Below are positions 52,560 through 64,000 of a DNA stretch of 64,000 nt, in pieces (within the stretch, counting starts at the first letter, position 1; every line of letters begins with the position of its first letter). The DNA is from Eimeria praecox. Its lineage: Eukaryota. The stretch covers positions 4,960,001-5,024,000 of the forward strand of contig OY986950.1 in the NCBI GenBank assembly GCA_963920595.1, in the 5' to 3' direction. The notes below the pieces were generated by a model. That model ran no database searches, was not told the origin of the DNA, and worked only from the letters and a program-made list of their open reading frames with translations. The translations under genes were made by a program, and so were the position numbers.

Positions 52560-53170
52560 CATAGAGTAGGCTATGGTGGGTGGCTCATAATGCTTTTACA
52601 TTTGCGGTTGTTTGCATGCGCGGGGTAAGGCCCCGTAGACAAGATTGGTTGGAGGCTGGGTTGTAGTGGGTGATCTGCTAGTCTGTGGGAGTACGTGCCA
52701 GTCTATGGGTGGGGAGAAGGAGCAGCATAGAGGCGACAAACCGCAAGAAGAGTTGATATCCAGGCGTGTGTTTGGGGATTAACTTGGTACTACAGGCAGT
52801 GCGTGGATAGCTGGGACTATGGCACGCTTGGAGGTGTTGGAATGTGAGCGTGCTAATGACGACCACAGATTGATGCATAGGATCAACTGTGTGCGTCAGA
52901 CGCTTTTTATTAGATCCGGCCGTTAGTCGCCGGTTCTGGTTGTGGACCACTGTTTCTTCATTTTGCACAGGTCCTCTTAGCAGTATGCGTTTTGCTTGTA
53001 GAGGTTGGTTGTTGCGCGTTTGCGTTAAGGTGTGGAGTTGGCTACGGGTGACGGGCCTTTGGCCTTTGACGCTTGTAGATATCCGTGTGCATGCATGTAT
53101 GCCCGCTAGACGGGGTTGCTTGAAATAGCGAGTCTATTGGCAGGCGTGTGGAAGTGGTTGCGGGCCTATG
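52560..53170. repeat. Diverged satellite segment (D) inside the 1030-bp unit; further copies at about 55861-56471, 57991-58610, 60192-60802 and 62384-62994
   Basis: The same ~610-bp block appears five times and is collinear with the standard monomer, e.g. GGTGGCTCATAATGCTTTTACATTTGCGGTTGTTTGCATGCGC vs GGTAGCTCATTAAGGTTCGACGTTTGTGGCTGTCTGTATGCGC. Confidence 0.9.
53088..53095. promoter_or_regulatory. TGCATGCA palindrome (ApiAP2-type motif), one per D segment; another at 2898-2905
   Basis: The motif is read directly. TGCATGCA is a known ApiAP2 target and is over-represented in Eimeria non-coding DNA. Function here is untested. Confidence 0.35.
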
Positions 53171-55130
53171 GGTGGGGGGGGACGAGGACGAGCACGGATG
53201 CCAATGAGGGGAGAAGCTTGTGCATGATGGCTTGTGTTGGGCGGTTCCTTTTGCGGCGCAGGTTGTGGGTGGATATAGAGGGGGCTTGTGAGAGGCTGGG
53301 AGTCATGGGACGGTAGAAGCGTAAACGAGACGCGAAGGGCTGCTCACCATCGTGCTTGCGTACCTAGAATCGATGCACTGCCTCCATCACATATTCGCTC
53401 ATATGATGGACTGTGTGTATCAACCATTCGCAAAGGAGATCAACTCTCTCCATCACGCATTTGTCCTGCACATTGGAAGTCTCGGATGTGTGCTGGCAAA
53501 CGCTATTTCCTGTCTGCATTGGGCTTCTGAGCAGTATGCCTCATCCCATTACAGGTTTCGTTTTCGAGCATTCGTGTTGTGGAATAGCCTTGCTCAGGCA
53601 GGGTAGCGCATTAAGGTTCGACGTTTGTGGCTGTCTGTATGCGCTCGGGAAGGCCGCCGGGACAGGCGTTCTTGGATGATCGACAGTGCTGTCTGGTGTG
53701 TTGTAGTGGCTGCGGGCCTATTTGTGGGGGGGACGAGGACGAGCACGGATGCCAAAGAGGGAAGAAGCTTGTGCATGATGGCTTGTGTTGGGCGGTTCCT
53801 TTTGCGGCGCAGGTTGTGGGTGGATATAGAGGGGGCTTGTGAGAGGCTGGGAGTCATGGGACGGTAGAGGGGTAAACGAGACGCGAAGGGCTGCTCACCA
53901 TCGTGCTTGCGTACCTAGAATCGATGCACTGCCTCCATCACATATTCGCTCATATGATGGACTGTGTGTATCAACCATTCGCGAAGGAGATCAACTCTCT
54001 CCATCACGCATTTGTCCTGCACATTGGAAGTCTCGGATGTGTGCTGTTAAAAGCTATTTCCTATTTCCTGTCTGCATTGGGCTTCTGAGCAATATGCCTC
54101 ATCCCATTACAGGTTTCGTTTTTGAGGATTCGTGTTGTGGAACAGCCTTGCTCAGGCAGGGTAGCTCATTAAGGTTCGACGTTTGTGGCTGTCTGTATGC
54201 GCTCGGGAAGGCCGCCGGGACAGGCGTTCTTGGATGATCGACAGTGCTGTCTGGTGTGTGTTAGTGGCTGCGGGCCTATTTGTGGGGGGGAAGAGGACGA
54301 GCACGGATGCCAATGAGGGAAGAAGCTTGTGCATGATGGCTTGTGTTGGGCGGTTCCGTTTGCGGTGCAGGAGGTGGGTGGATATAGAGGGGGCTTGTGA
54401 GAGGCTGGGAGTCATGGGACGGTAGAGGGGTAAACGAGACGCGACGGGCTGCTCACCATCGTGCTTGCGTACCTAGAATCGATGCACTGCCTCCATCACA
54501 TATTCGCTCATATGATGGACTGTGTGTATCAACCATTCGCAAAGGAGATCAACTCTCTCCATCACGCATTTGTCCTGCACATTGGAAGTCTCGGATGTGT
54601 GCTGGCAAACGCTATTTCCTGTCTGCATTGGGCTTCTGAGCAGTATGCCTCATCCCATTACAGGTTTCGTTTTCGAGCATTCGTGTTGTGGAATAGCTTT
54701 GCTCAAGCAGGGTAGCTCATTAAGGTTCGACGTTTGTGGCTGTCTGTATGCGCTCGGGAAGGCCGCCGGGACAGGCGTTCTTGGATGATCGACAGTGCTG
54801 TCTGGTGTGTGGTAGTGGCTGCGGGCCTATTTGTGGGGGGGACGAGGACGAGCACGGATGCCAATGAGGGAAGAAGCTTGTGCATGATGGCTTGTGTTGG
54901 GCGGTTCCGTTTGCGGTGCAGGAGGTGGGTGGATATAGAGGGGGCTTGTGAGAGGCTGGGAGTCATGGGACGGTAGAGGCGTAAACGAGACGCTAAGGGC
55001 TGCTCACCATGGTGCTTGCGTACCTAGAATCGATGCACTGCCTCCATCACATGTTCGCGCATATGATGGACTGTGTGTATCAACCATTCGCGAAGGAGAT
55101 CAACTCTCTCCATCACGCATTTGTCCTGCA

Positions 55131-55242
55131 CATTGGAAGTCTCGGATGTGTGCTGCTAAAAGCTATTTCCTATTTCCTGTCTGCATTGGAAGCCTCGGAT
55201 GTGTGCTGCTAAAAGCTATTTCCTATTTCCTGTCTGCATTGG
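55131..55242. repeat. 53-bp internal tandem duplication defining the 611-bp monomer variant (also starting at 59462 and 61654)
   Basis: CATTGGAAG(T/C)CTCGGATGTGTGCTGCTAAAAGCTATTTCCTATTTCCTGTCTG occurs at 55131 and 55184, bounded by CATTGG. Confidence 0.95.
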
Positions 55243-58200
55243 GCTTCTGAGCAATATGCCTCATCCCATTACAGGTTTCGTTTTCGAGCATTCATGTTGT
55301 GGAATAGCCTTGCTCAGGCAGGGTAGCGCATTAAGGTTCGACGTTTGTGGCTGTCTGTATGCGCTCGGGAAGGCCGCCGGGACAGGCGTTCTTGGATGAT
55401 CGACAGTGCTGTCTGGTGTGTGTTAGTGGCTGCGGGCCTATTTGTGGGGGGGAAGAGGACGAGCACGGATGCCAATGAGGGAAGAAGCTTGTGCATGATG
55501 GCTTGTGTTGGGCGGTTCCGTTTGCGGTGCAGGAGGTGGGTGGATATAGAGGGGGCTTGTGGGAGGCTGGGAGTCATGGGACGGTAGAGACGTAGACGAG
55601 ACGCGAAGGGCTGCTCACCATCGTGCTTGCGTACCTAGAATCGATGCACTGCCTCCATCACATATTCGCTCATATGATGGACTGTGTGTATCAACCATTC
55701 GCAAAGGAGATCAACTCTCTCCATCACGCATTTGTCCTGCACATTGGAAGTCTCGGATGTGTGCTGCTAAAAGCTATTTCCTATTTCCTGTCTGCATTGG
55801 GCTTCTGAGCAATATGCCTCATCCCATTAAAGGTTTCGTTTTTGAGGATTCGTGTTGTGGCATAGAGTAGGCTATGGTGGGTGGCTCATAATGCTTTTAC
55901 ATTTGCTGTTGTTTGCATGCGCGGGGTAAGGCCCCGTAGACAAGATTGGTTGGAGGCTGGGTTGTAGTGGGTGATCTGCTAGTCTGTGGGAGTACGTGCC
56001 AGTCTATGGGTGGGGAGAAGGAGCAGCATAGAGGCGACAAACCGCAAGAAGAGTTGATATCCAGGCGTGTGTTTGGGGATTAACTTGGTACTACAGGCAG
56101 TGCGTGGATAGCTGGGACTATGGCACGCTTGGAGGTGTTGGAATGTGAGCGTGCTAATGACGACCACAGATTGATGCATAGGATCAACTGTGTGCGTCAG
56201 ACGCTTTTTATTAGATCCGGCCGTTAGTCGCCGGTTCTGGTTGTGGACCACTGTTTCTTCATTTTGCACAGGTCCTCTTAGCAGTATGCGTTTTGCTTGT
56301 AGAGGTTGGTTATTGCGTGTTTGCATTGAGGTGTGGAGTTGGCTACGGGTGATGTGCCTTTGGCCGTTGACGTTTGTAGATATCCGTGTGCATGCATGTA
56401 TGCCCACTAGACGGGGTTGCTTGAAATCGCGAGTCTATTGGCAGGCGTGTGGAAGTGGTTGCGGGCCTATGGGTGGGGGGGGACGAGGACGAGCACGGAT
56501 GCCAATGAGGGAAGAAGCTTGTGCATGATGGCTTGTGTTGGGCGGTTCCTTTTGCGGCGCAGGTTGTGGGTGGATATAGAGGGGGCTTGTGAGAGGCTGG
56601 GAGTCATGGGACGGTAGAAGCGTAAACGAGACGCGAAGGGCTGCTCACCATCGTGCTTGCGTACCTAGAATCGATGCACTGCCTCCATCACATATTCGCT
56701 CATATGATGGACTGTGTGTATCAACCATTCGCAAAGGAGATCAACTCTCTCCATCACGCATTTGTCCTGCACATTGGAAGTCTCGGATGTGTGCTGGCAA
56801 ACGCTATTTCCTGTCTGCATTGGGCTTCTGAGCAGTATGCCTCATCCCATTACAGGTTTCGTTTTCGAGCATTCGTGTTGTGGAATAGCCTTGCTCAGGC
56901 AGGGTAGCGCATTAAGGTTCGACGTTTGTGGCTGTCTGTATGCGCTCGGGAAGGCCGCCGGGACAGGCGTTCTTGGATGATCGACAGTGCTGTCTGGTGT
57001 GTTGTAGTGGCTGCGGGCCTATTTGTGGGGGGGACGAGGACGAGCACGGATGCCAAAGAGGGAAGAAGCTTGTGCATGATGGCTTGTGTTGGGCGGTTCC
57101 TTTTGCGGCGCAGGTTGTGGGTGGATATAGAGGGGGCTTGTGAGAGGCTGGGAGTCATGGGACGGTAGAGGGGTAAACGAGACGCGAAGGGCTGCTCACC
57201 ATCGTGCTTGCGTACCTAGAATCGATGCACTGCCTCCATCACATATTCGCTCATATGATGGACTGTGTGTATCAACCATTCGCGAAGGAGATCAACTCTC
57301 TCCATCACGCATTTGTCCTGCACATTGGAAGTCTCGGATGTGTGCTGTTAAAAGCTATTTCCTATTTCCTGTCTGCATTGGGCTTCTGAGCAATATGCCT
57401 CATCCCATTACAGGTTTCGTTTTTGAGGATTCGTGTTGTGGAACAGCCTTGCTCAGGCAGGGTAGCTCATTAAGGTTCGACGTTTGTGGCTGTCTGTATG
57501 CGCTCGGGAAGGCCGCCGGGACAGGCGTTCTTGGATGATCGACAGTGCTGTCTGGTGTGTGTTAGTGGCTGCGGGCCTATTTGTGGGGGGGAAGAGGACG
57601 AGCACGGATGCCAATGAGGGAAGAAGCTTGTGCATGATGGCTTGTGTTGGGCGGTTCCGTTTGCGGTGCAGGAGGTGGGTGGATATAGAGGGGGCTTGTG
57701 GGAGGCTGGGAGTCATGGGACGGTAGAGGGGTAAACGAGACGCGACGGGCTGCTCACCATCGTGCTTGCGTACCTAGAATCGATGCACTGCCTCCATCAC
57801 ATATTCGCTCATATGATGGACTGTGTGTATCAACCATTCGCGAAGGAGATCAACTCTCTCCATCACGCATTTGTCCTGCACATTGGAGGTCTCGGATGTG
57901 TGCTGCTAAAAGCTATTTCCTATTTCCTGTCTGCATTGGGCTTCTGAGCAATATGCCTCATCCCATTACAGGTTTCGTTTTTGAGGATTCGTCTTGCGGC
58001 TTAGGGGTGGCTACGCTGGGTGGCTCATAATGCTTTTACATTTGCGGTTGTTTGCATGCGCGGGGTAAGGCCCCGTAGACAAGATTGGTTGGAGGCTGGG
58101 TTGTAGTGGGTGATCTGCTAGTCTGTGGGAGTACGTGCCAGTCTATGGGTGGGGAGAAGGAGCAGCATAGAGGCGACAAACCGCAAGAAGAGTTGATATC

Positions 58201-61200
58201 CAGGCGTGTGCTTGGGGATTAACTTGGTACTACAGGCAGTGCGTGGATAGCTGGGACTATGGCACGCTTGGAGGTGTTGGAATGTGAGCGTGCTAATGAC
58301 GACCACAGATTGATGCATAGGATCAACTGTGTGCGTCAGACGCTTTTTATTAGATCCGGCCGTTAGTCGCCGGTTCTGGTTGTGGACCACTGTTTCTTCA
58401 CTTTGCACAGGTCCTCTTAGCAGTATGCGTTTTGCTTGTAGAGGTTGGTTATTGCGTGTTTGCATTGAGGTGTGGAGTTGGCTACGGGTGATGTGCCTTT
58501 GGCCGTTGACGCTTGTAGATATCCGTGTGCATGCATGTATGCCCGCTAGACGGGGTTGCTTGAAATCGCGAGTCTATTGGCAGGCGTGTGGAAGTGGTTG
58601 CGGGCCTATGGGTGGGGGGGGACGAGGACGAGCACGGATGCCAAAGAGGGAAGAAGCTTGTGCATGATGGCTTGTGTTGGGCGGTTCCTTTTGCGGCGCA
58701 GGTTGTGGGTGGATATAGAGGGGGCTTGTGGGAGGCTGGGAGTCATGGGACGGTAGAGGCGTAGACGAGACGCGAAGGGCTGCTCACCATCGTGCTTGCG
58801 TACCTAGAATCGATGCACTGCCTCCATCACATATTCGCTCATATGATGGACTGTGTGTATCAACCATTCGCGAAGGAGATCAACTCCTTCCATCACGCAT
58901 TTGTCCTGCACATTGGAAGTCTCGGATGTGTGCTGGCAAACGCTATTTCCTGTCTGCATTGGGCTTCTGAGCAGTATGCCTCATCCCATTACAGGTTTCG
59001 TTTTCGAGCATTCGTGTTGTGGAATAGCTTTGCTCAAGCAGGGTAGCTCATTAAGGTTCGACGTTTGTGGCTGTCTGTATGCGCTCGGGAAGGCCGCCGG
59101 GACAGGCGTTCTTGGATGATCGACAGTGCTGTCTGGTGTGTGGTAGTGGCTGCGGGCCTATTTGTGGGGGGGACGAGGACGAGCACGGATGCCAATGAGG
59201 GAAGAAGCTTGTGCATGATGGCTTGTGTTGGGCGGTTCCGTTTGCGGTGCAGGAGGTGGGTGGATATAGAGGGGGCTTGTGAGAGGCTGGGAGTCATGGG
59301 ACGGTAGAGGCGTAAACGAGACGCTAAGGGCTGCTCACCATGGTGCTTGCGTACCTAGAATCGATGCACTGCCTCCATCACATGTTCGCGCATATGATGG
59401 ACTGTGTGTATCAACCATTCGCGAAGGAGATCAACTCTCTCCATCACGCATTTGTCCTGCACATTGGAAGTCTCGGATGTGTGCTGCTAAAAGCTATTTC
59501 CTATTTCCTGTCTGCATTGGAAGCCTCGGATGTGTGCTGCTAAAAGCTATTTCCTATTTCCTGTCTGCATTGGGCTTCTGAGCAATATGCCTCATCCCAT
59601 TACAGGTTTCGTTTTCGAGCATTCATGTTGTGGAATAGCCTTGCTCAGGCAGGGTAGCGCATTAAGGTTCGACGTTTGTGGCTGTCTGTATGCGCTCGGG
59701 AAGGCCGCCGGGACAGGCGTTCTTGGATGATCGACAGTGCTGTCTGGTGTGTGGTAGTGGCTGCGGGCCTATTTGTGGGGGGGAAGAGGACGAGCACGGA
59801 TGCCAATGAGGGAAGAAGCTTGTGCATGATGGCTTGTGTTGGGCGGTTCCGTTTGCGGTGCAGGAGGTGGGTGGATATAGAGGGGGCTTGTGGGAGGCTG
59901 GGAGTCATGGGACGGTAGAGACGTAGACGAGACGCGAAGGGCTGCTCACCATCGTGCTTGCGTACCTAGAATCGATGCACTGCCTCCATCACATATTCGC
60001 TCATATGATGGACTGTGTGTATCAACCATTCGCAAAGGAGATCAACTCTCTCCATCACGCATTTGTCCTGCACATTGGAAGTCTCGGATGTGTGCTGCTA
60101 AAAGCTATTTCCTATTTCCTGTCTGCATTGGGCTTCTGAGCAATATGCCTCATCCCATTAAAGGTTTCGTTTTTGAGGATTCGTGTTGTGGCATAGAGTA
60201 GGCTATGGTGGGTGGCTCATAATGCTTTTACATTTGCTGTTGTTTGCATGCGCGGGGTAAGGCCCCGTAGACAAGATTGGTTGGAGGCTGGGTTGTAGTG
60301 GGTGATCTGCTAGTCTGTGGGAGTACGTGCCAGTCTATGGGTGGGGAGAAGGAGCAGCATAGAGGCGACAAACCGCAAGAAGAGTTGATATCCAGGCGTG
60401 TGTTTGGGGATTAACTTGGTACTACAGGCAGTGCGTGGATAGCTGGGACTATGGCACGCTTGGAGGTGTTGGAATGTGAGCGTGCTAATGACGACCACAG
60501 ATTGATGCATAGGATCAACTGTGTGCGTCAGACGCTTTTTATTAGATCCGGCCGTTAGTCGCCGGTTCTGGTTGTGGACCACTGTTTCTTCATTTTGCAC
60601 AGGTCCTCTTAGCAGTATGCGTTTTGCTTGTAGAGGTTGGTTATTGCGTGTTTGCATTGAGGTGTGGAGTTGGCTACGGGTGATGTGCCTTTGGCCGTTG
60701 ACGTTTGTAGATATCCGTGTGCATGCATGTATGCCCACTAGACGGGGTTGCTTGAAATCGCGAGTCTATTGGCAGGCGTGTGGAAGTGGTTGCGGGCCTA
60801 TGGGTGGGGGGGGACGAGGACGAGCACGGATGCCAATGAGGGAAGAAGCTTGTGCATGATGGCTTGTGTTGGGCGGTTCCTTTTGCGGCGCAGGTTGTGG
60901 GTGGATATAGAGGGGGCTTGTGAGAGGCTGGGAGTCATGGGACGGTAGAAGCGTAAACGAGACGCGAAGGGCTGCTCACCATCGTGCTTGCGTACCTAGA
61001 ATCGATGCACTGCCTCCATCACATATTCGCTCATATGATGGACTGTGTGTATCAACCATTCGCAAAGGAGATCAACTCTCTCCATCACGCATTTGTCCTG
61101 CACATTGGAAGTCTCGGATGTGTGCTGGCAAACGCTATTTCCTGTCTGCATTGGGCTTCTGAGCAGTATGCCTCATCCCATTACAGGTTTCGTTTTCGAG

Positions 61201-64000
61201 CATTCGTGTTGTGGAATAGCCTTGCTCAGGCAGGGTAGCGCATTAAGGTTCGACGTTTGTGGCTGTCTGTATGCGCTCGGGAAGGCCGCCGGGACAGGCG
61301 TTCTTGGATGATCGACAGTGCTGTCTGGTGTGTTGTAGTGGCTGCGGGCCTATTTGTGGGGGGGACGAGGACGAGCACGGATGCCAAAGAGGGAAGAAGC
61401 TTGTGCATGATGGCTTGTGTTGGGCGGTTCCTTTTGCGGCGCAGGTTGTGGGTGGATATAGAGGGGGCTTGTGAGAGGCTGGGAGTCATGGGACGGTAGA
61501 GGCGTAAACGAGACGCTAAGGGCTGCTCACCATGGTGCTTGCGTACCTAGAATCGATGCACTGCCTCCATCACATGTTCGCGCATATGATGGACTGTGTG
61601 TATCAACCATTCGCGAAGGAGATCAACTCTCTCCATCACGCATTTGTCCTGCACATTGGAAGTCTCGGATGTGTGCTGCTAAAAGCTATTTCCTATTTCC
61701 TGTCTGCATTGGAAGCCTCGGATGTGTGCTGCTAAAAGCTATTTCCTATTTCCTGTCTGCATTGGGCTTCTGAGCAATATGCCTCATCCCATTACAGGTT
61801 TCGTTTTCGAGCATTCATGTTGTGGAATAGCCTTGCTCAGGCAGGGTAGCGCATTAAGGTTCGACGTTTGTGGCTGTCTGTATGCGCTCGGGAAGGCCGC
61901 CGGGACAGGCGTTCTTGGATGATCGACAGTGCTGTCTGGTGTGTGTTAGTGGCTGCGGGCCTATTTGTGGGGGGGAAGAGGACGAGCACGGATGCCAATG
62001 AGGGAAGAAGCTTGTGCATGATGGCTTGTGTTGGGCGGTTCCGTTTGCGGTGCAGGAGGTGGGTGGATATAGAGGGGGCTTGTGGGAGGCTGGGAGTCAT
62101 GGGACGGTAGAGACGTAGACGAGACGCGAAGGGCTGCTCACCATCGTGCTTGCGTACCTAGAATCGATGCACTGCCTCCATCACATATTCGCTCATATGA
62201 TGGACTGTGTGTATCAACCATTCGCAAAGGAGATCAACTCTCTCCATCACGCATTTGTCCTGCACATTGGAAGTCTCGGATGTGTGCTGCTAAAAGCTAT
62301 TTCCTATTTCCTGTCTGCATTGGGCTTCTGAGCAATATGCCTCATCCCATTAAAGGTTTCGTTTTTGAGGATTCGTGTTGTGGCATAGAGTAGGCTATGG
62401 TGGGTGGCTCATAATGCTTTTACATTTGCTGTTGTTTGCATGCGCGGGGTAAGGCCCCGTAGACAAGATTGGTTGGAGGCTGGGTTGTAGTGGGTGATCT
62501 GCTAGTCTGTGGGAGTACGTGCCAGTCTATGGGTGGGGAGAAGGAGCAGCATAGAGGCGACAAACCGCAAGAAGAGTTGATATCCAGGCGTGTGTTTGGG
62601 GATTAACTTGGTACTACAGGCAGTGCGTGGATAGCTGGGACTATGGCACGCTTGGAGGTGTTGGAATGTGAGCGTGCTAATGACGACCACAGATTGATGC
62701 ATAGGATCAACTGTGTGCGTCAGACGCTTTTTATTAGATCCGGCCGTTAGTCGCCGGTTCTGGTTGTGGACCACTGTTTCTTCATTTTGCACAGGTCCTC
62801 TTAGCAGTATGCGTTTTGCTTGTAGAGGTTGGTTATTGCGTGTTTGCATTGAGGTGTGGAGTTGGCTACGGGTGATGTGCCTTTGGCCGTTGACGTTTGT
62901 AGATATCCGTGTGCATGCATGTATGCCCACTAGACGGGGTTGCTTGAAATCGCGAGTCTATTGGCAGGCGTGTGGAAGTGGTTGCGGGCCTATGGGTGGG
63001 GGGGGACGAGGACGAGCACGGATGCCAATGAGGGAAGAAGCTTGTGCATGATGGCTTGTGTTGGGCGGTTCCTTTTGCGGCGCAGGTTGTGGGTGGATAT
63101 AGAGGGGGCTTGTGAGAGGCTGGGAGTCATGGGACGGTAGAAGCGTAAACGAGACGCGAAGGGCTGCTCACCATCGTGCTTGCGTACCTAGAATCGATGC
63201 ACTGCCTCCATCACATATTCGCTCATATGATGGACTGTGTGTATCAACCATTCGCAAAGGAGATCAACTCTCTCCATCACGCATTTGTCCTGCACATTGG
63301 AAGTCTCGGATGTGTGCTGGCAAACGCTATTTCCTGTCTGCATTGGGCTTCTGAGCAGTATGCCTCATCCCATTACAGGTTTCGTTTTCGAGCATTCGTG
63401 TTGTGGAATAGCCTTGCTCAGGCAGGGTAGCGCATTAAGGTTCGACGTTTGTGGCTGTCTGTATGCGCTCGGGAAGGCCGCCGGGACAGGCGTTCTTGGA
63501 TGATCGACAGTGCTGTCTGGTGTGTTGTAGTGGCTGCGGGCCTATTTGTGGGGGGGACGAGGACGAGCACGGATGCCAAAGAGGGAAGAAGCTTGTGCAT
63601 GATGGCTTGTGTTGGGCGGTTCCTTTTGCGGCGCAGGTTGTGGGTGGATATAGAGGGGGCTTGTGAGAGGCTGGGAGTCATGGGACGGTAGAGGGGTAAA
63701 CGAGACGCGAAGGGCTGCTCACCATCGTGCTTGCGTACCTAGAATCGATGCACTGCCTCCATCACATATTCGCTCATATGATGGACTGTGTGTATCAACC
63801 ATTCGCGAAGGAGATCAACTCTCTCCATCACGCATTTGTCCTGCACATTGGAAGTCTCGGATGTGTGCTGTTAAAAGCTATTTCCTATTTCCTGTCTGCA
63901 TTGGGCTTCTGAGCAATATGCCTCATCCCATTACAGGTTTCGTTTTTGAGGATTCGTGTTGTGGAACAGCCTTGCTCAGGCAGGGTAGCTCATTAAGGTT

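Larger units (their letters stand above)
51706..64000. repeat. Satellite array of ~551-558-bp monomers with higher-order organisation; runs off the window end
   Basis: The anchor GTG(A/G)GAGGCTGGGAGTCATGGGACGGTAGA recurs at 51707, 52258, 53288, 53839, 54397, 54948, 55559, 56589, 57140, 57698, 58728, 59279, 59890, 60920, 61471, 62082, 63112 and 63663. The only spacings are 551, 558, 611 and 1030 bp. Confidence 0.98.

Noticed and set aside
51706..64000. CRISPR-like or coding interpretation of the satellite and its many recurring 60-140 aa ORFs
   Set aside because: Units are 551-1030 bp with no unique spacers and no cas genes. The 7-bp and 53-bp indels break frames freely, so the ORFs are by-products of the repeat.

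Overview
Eukaryotic, gene-poor window of roughly balanced GC. It is most likely from a coccidian apicomplexan (Eimeria/Cyclospora-like). That is an inference from frequent TGCATG/TGCATGCA motifs, a degenerate CAG-type tract and one ORF whose layout matches Eimeria-specific membrane proteins. No prokaryotic operons, rRNA, tRNA or CRISPR array were seen, and almost all ORFs in the track look like chance frames. Supported structure: (1) about 25 kb of unique, apparently non-coding DNA; (2) a five-copy, nearly perfect 1487-bp tandem amplification at 25227-32658 whose few variants sit in the outer copies and cluster at the junction; (3) a diverged local duplication at about 33.2-33.9 kb with a 61-bp near-identical core, followed by (TA)26; (4) one credible coding exon at 46493-46813 (signal-like N-terminus, transmembrane segment, RKLSE PEXEL-like motif, GTAAG donor); (5) a satellite array from about 51.7 kb to beyond the window end, with 551/558/611-bp monomers and a 1030-bp composite that carries an old diverged monomer, arranged as a higher-order repeat. 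A heavily decayed relic of the same satellite extends left to about 50.9 kb. All alignments and counts were done by eye.
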